A DNA stretch of 26,805 nucleotides, from contig JACOVT010000038.1 in NCBI GenBank assembly GCA_016177165.1, positions 1 through 26,805 of the forward strand, written 5' to 3'. The notes under the pieces were generated by a model. The model searched no databases and was not told the DNA's origin. It was given only the letters and a program-made list of their open reading frames with translations. A program made the position numbers and the translations under genes. Of the stretch, positions 23,722 to 26,805 are shown piece after piece. The stretch comes from Candidatus Micrarchaeota archaeon (GTDB taxonomy: Archaea; B1Sed10-29; JACOVT01). The stretch's first letter is position 1; the number at the start of each line of letters is the position of its first letter.

Positions 23722-25122
23722 CTAGTTTCCGGCAAGGGTGCTGGCGAGCCCAATGTATGATTCAGGGGTCAGGCGCTTCAGGCGGGCCTTGAGCTCTTCG
23801 CTGACCTGAAGGCCATCCACGAATCTTGACAGGTCTTGCATCGTAACACGTTTTCCGCGCGTGACCTCCCTGAGCTTCTCATAAGGCATCTCGACGCCCT
23901 CGCGCCGGAGTATCGTCTGTATGGCTTCTGAAACAACCTCCGGATGGTTCCGCAGAGCTTCGGCCACCTTGGCCTCGTTGACTGACACCTTGCCAAGGCC
24001 CTTTACGGCCGAGTTGTAGGCTATCACGCAATGACCTAGAGCAACGCCAATGTTTCTTAGGACGGTCGCGTCAGATAGGTCCCTTTGCAGCCTTGAGATT
24101 GGCAGCTTGGAGGAGAAGTGGTGTAGCAGCGCGTTTGCTATGCCCAGGTTTCCTTCGCAGTTCTCGAAGTCGATCGGGTTCACCTTGTGCGGCATCGTGG
24201 ACGACCCGACCTCGCCTGCAACAGGCTTCTGGACCAGCCAGTCGTCGCTTATGTATCTCCAGGCGTCCTGCGCTAGCCCGATTACCACCGTGTTTAACCG
24301 GTGGATGTTGTCAAACAGCTCGGCGTACGAGTCATGTGGTTCAATCTGTGTGGTGACCAGGTTTGGGGCGAGCCGCACTCGCCTGCCAGAGTTGAGCGTT
24401 TCCACGAATTGCCTGGTGAAAGCCACCCAGTCGACATCAGGGCACGCGGCCTGGTGCGCGTTATAATTCCCAGTCGCGCCATTCAGCTTTACCAGCAGCT
24501 CGGTTGACTCTAGCTGGTCGACTTGTCTCTTCACGCGCGAGGCGAACACCCTGAACTCCTTTCCAAAAGTGGTGGGCGAGGCCGGCTGGCCGTGGGTCCG
24601 CGCAAGTATGGCGACGTTCCTGTAAAGTAATGCAAGCTCGTCGAGCCTCTCGTAGAGCGCTTTTGCGGCCGGTATCAGTACCTTTTCCAGGCTGTCGCTC
24701 ATCATCATAGAGTGCGCGATGTTTTTCGTGTCGTCGGAAGTAAGCGCGAAATGCACCCATTCGAGCGAGTCGCTGAGCGACGTCCCACCTAGCTTTTCCT
24801 TGATGTAATACTCGATGGCCTTGAGGTCATGGTTGGTCGGCCTCATCCCATCGTGGCCCCCTACCTCAATGTCCTTCACGATGGCAGCGTCCGCGGCAGA
24901 GATGGCGCCCACTGAACGTATGCGTAGCTTCTCCTCTTCGGTGAACCTCCTGAGGCCCGTGCCGCTGGTTTCGGAAAGCGCTATCAGGTAGGCGCATTCG
25001 ACCATCGTGCGGTACTTGATCAGCGCCCTTTCACTGAAAAACTCCGCTAGCGGCTCTACCTGGCCCCGGTAGCGGCCGTCTATCGGGCTTATCGCGTCCA
25101 ACGTCTCCATTACGCTCAGCAT
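23722..25122 (-). CDS. purB: Adenylosuccinate lyase, E. coli-type (about 462-466 aa)
   Basis: AISPIDGRY, TNHDLKAIEY, HFALTSDD, ARTHGQPA, NGATGNYNAH, TTQIEPHD, SSTMPHKVNPIDFEN, QRDLSD.TVLRN. Start at ATG 25122 or 25110; the track's 25341 start overlaps purA. Confidence 0.93.
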   Translation of the reverse strand: MLSVMETLDAISPIDGRYRGQVEPLAEFFSERALIKYRTMVECAYLIALSETSGTGLRRFTEEEKLRIRSVGAISAADAAIVKDIEVGGHDGMRPTNHDLKAIEYYIKEKLGGTSLSDSLEWVHFALTSDDTKNIAHSMMMSDSLEKVLIPAAKALYERLDELALLYRNVAILARTHGQPASPTTFGKEFRVFASRVKRQVDQLESTELLVKLNGATGNYNAHQAACPDVDWVAFTRQFVETLNSGRRVRLAPNLVTTQIEPHDSYAELFDNIHRLNTVVIGLAQDAWRYISDDWLVQKPVAGEVGSSTMPHKVNPIDFENCEGNLGIANALLHHFSSKLPISRLQRDLSDATVLRNIGVALGHCVIAYNSAVKGLGKVSVNEAKVAEALRNHPEVVSEAIQTILRREGVEMPYEKLREVTRGKRVTMQDLSRFVDGLQVSEELKARLKRLTPESYIGLASTLAGN

Positions 25123-25182
25123 TCTAATTAAATGCCCATTGTATAAATAATCAAACCATGTAAGTATTGGCGGGGTGGCTAT

Positions 25183-26568
25183 ATGGGTCTTGTCACGATA
25201 GTGGGTGCCCTTTGGGGAGATGAGGGCAAGGGGAAAATTACTGACGTTGTCAACGAGCAGGCAGACCTGATAGTCAAGACCAACGGCGGGGCCAACGCAG
25301 GCACCACTTTCGTGATTGATGGCAAGAAGCACGTGCTCCACCTGCTGCCTTCAGGAGTGCTGCGCGGGAAACGCTCGCTCCTTGCGCAAGGCATTGTAAT
25401 GAGGCCAGAACAGCTGTGCAAGGAACTTGAGGAGTTTGACTGGAAAGTCAGCATAGGCATCGACCCGAGGCTGCACGTCACTCTCCCTTACCACCTCGCG
25501 CTTGATTATGCTCGGGAAAAGGCAGCCGACCTGAAGGCAAAGGGCGACAACAAGACTGTAGGGGGCGCGATAGGCACGACCCTTTCAGGAATAGGCCCCA
25601 CCTACGAGCAGCAGAAGAGCCGGGCAGGTATCCGCTTCTGCGAGCTCGCTGGCGACGAGGAGAAACTCAAGAAAAGGGTTGAAGAGAACTACAATTACGT
25701 TAAGGGAATAATAGCACAATCAGGCCTGGACGTGGTGATGCCCGACCGGAAACAGGTCGACGGAAAGTACGTCGTGAACGAGGTGCCGCTCACGCCGGAG
25801 TACTGCCAGCAAGTGGCGGTCGAATCCGGCCGCAAGCTTGGCAAGTACCTTTCCGACGTGTCGCTGGAAGTAATCGAGGCGCTAGGCGCTGGCAAGAACG
25901 TGGTGTTCCAAGGCGCCCAAGGAACCATGCTCGACATCGGTTTCGGCAACTACCCAAAAGTCACGAGCTCTGAGACCCGCGCGCCGGCCGCCTACGCGGC
26001 CGTGGGCATACCGCCTGTTCCAATGCGCGTTATCGGCATTGTCAAGGCCTACCCGACAAAAGTCGGCTCCGGTCCTGTCGTGACCTGCCTTGACGGTGGC
26101 AGGTGGCCCGTCGACGAGGCCTGCTCTGATGACATAGCCAAGACAATACGCAAGCGCGCCAACGAGAGAGGCGCGACTACCGGCAGGGCCCGGCGGATCG
26201 GCTGGCCCGACATGGTCGTGCTGAAGTATTCCAGCCAGCTCAACGGCTTCACCAACATAGCCCTGACCCTCTTGGACGTGCTGCACGACATAGACCCGAT
26301 AAAGGTATGCGTGGAATACGAAATAGATGGCAAGAGGACCGACGCCTACCCGTCATGGGATCTGGACGCGCTGGCAAGGGCAAAGCCGGTTTACAAGGAG
26401 CTGCCCGGCTTCGGCGACATTACTGGCGTAAGGGAGTACGGCCAACTGCCTGATGGGGCAAAACAATACATACGGCTGATCGAGCAGGCAACCGGCGCGC
26501 CGGTCTCCATAATATCCGTGGGCCCGGATAGAGAGCAGACCATACTAAGGGATTTCAAACCCTTCTAA
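25183..26568 (+). CDS. purA: Adenylosuccinate synthetase-family protein (461 aa) with atypical active-site residues
   Basis: WGDEGKGK, LHLLPSG, IGTT.SGIGP, GAQG...YP.VTSS, GATTGR.RR.GW, LDVL, SVGPDREQT. The His41-equivalent position is Thr (NAGTT). Confidence 0.88.
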   Translation: MGLVTIVGALWGDEGKGKITDVVNEQADLIVKTNGGANAGTTFVIDGKKHVLHLLPSGVLRGKRSLLAQGIVMRPEQLCKELEEFDWKVSIGIDPRLHVTLPYHLALDYAREKAADLKAKGDNKTVGGAIGTTLSGIGPTYEQQKSRAGIRFCELAGDEEKLKKRVEENYNYVKGIIAQSGLDVVMPDRKQVDGKYVVNEVPLTPEYCQQVAVESGRKLGKYLSDVSLEVIEALGAGKNVVFQGAQGTMLDIGFGNYPKVTSSETRAPAAYAAVGIPPVPMRVIGIVKAYPTKVGSGPVVTCLDGGRWPVDEACSDDIAKTIRKRANERGATTGRARRIGWPDMVVLKYSSQLNGFTNIALTLLDVLHDIDPIKVCVEYEIDGKRTDAYPSWDLDALARAKPVYKELPGFGDITGVREYGQLPDGAKQYIRLIEQATGAPVSIISVGPDREQTILRDFKPF

Positions 26569-26640
26569 TTCTGGAAGTGCTGAAATCAGGAAAAGCCTCG
26601 GGAAAACGAATGATATTTCAAGTGTTTTCTTTGGGACACA

Positions 26641-26720
26641 AGAAGAAGCCTAGCTTCTTCTGTGCAGAGGAAGCTTGGCTTCCTCAAGCACCTTGTACTT
26701 TTCTTTTCTAAAAAGAAAAG
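26641..26720. repeat. Intergenic cluster of three 3-nt-loop hairpins; the T-rich third hairpin may act as a terminator
   Basis: AGAAGAAGC-CTA-GCTTCTTCT (26641-26661), GAGGAAGC-TTG-GCTTCCTC (26667-26685), CTTTTCTTTT-CTA-AAAAGAAAAG (26698-26720). Confidence 0.8.
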
Positions 26721-26724
26721 GACA

Positions 26725-26805
26725 GTGCGGGAGACAGGATTCGAACTCTGCGGAGAAACTGTGGTTGCTGTGGTTCTCCGTCGTTCGAATCCTAGAGGTG
26801 CGGGA
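26725..26805 (-). repeat. tRNA 3'-end-like duplication with an internal palindrome; probably just downstream of a tRNA outside the window
   Basis: The minus strand reads TCCCGCAC...GTTCGAATCCTGTCTCCCGCAC. GTGCGGGA is directly repeated at 26725 and 26798. Inverted repeats: GGATTCGAAC/GTTCGAATCC and CGGAGAA/TTCTCCG. Confidence 0.6.

Noticed and set aside
25183-26568. PurA variant as PurZ (2-aminoadenine/Z-genome pathway)
   Set aside because: PurZ replaces the catalytic Asp with Ser (GSTGKG) and keeps NAGHT; here GDEGKGK is intact and the His is lost. No phage, MazZ or DatZ-like genes are nearby.

Overview
Gene-dense archaeal chromosomal segment. A DPANN-type host such as Micrarchaeota or Diapherotrites is my inference from archaeal-type aRF1, PyrH, Dph2, TrmB and Lrp, TATA boxes about 22-30 bp upstream of start codons, intron-containing tRNAs and very short intergenic spacers. 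Left to right: the truncated 5' end of a signal-peptide + Hint-domain gene that the ORF track misses; a DUF350-like membrane protein; peptide chain release factor aRF1 interrupted by a 520-aa LAGLIDADG/HTH intein inserted directly after the catalytic GGQ; pyrH; a SERCA-like Ca2+ P-type ATPase; dph2; an EamA transporter; tRNA-Trp(CCA) with a 185-nt intron; an Lrp regulator with a 17-bp palindromic operator candidate; a 1460-aa KP-43-like S8 protease/PKD protein and a lectin-like gene beside tRNA-Arg(CCT) (66-nt intron); TrmB; an Ig-repeat membrane protein with an acidic-then-basic tail; an MBL/beta-CASP nuclease; an eS26-like Zn protein; an RMD1/DUF155 protein with a CPA1 antiporter; several small orphan ORFs; a divergent purB/purA pair; and a hairpin cluster with a tRNA 3'-end duplication at the right edge. 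The Trp intron keeps a box D guide for C34 and contains REP-like hairpins that recur intergenically. Strongest leads: the GGQ-site intein in aRF1, the secreted GGG-Hint protein, the PurA lacking the His41 equivalent, and a palindromic repeat family shared between tRNA introns and intergenic DNA. No CRISPR, rRNA, transposase or integrase is seen. All family calls come from manual motif recognition, with no database searches.
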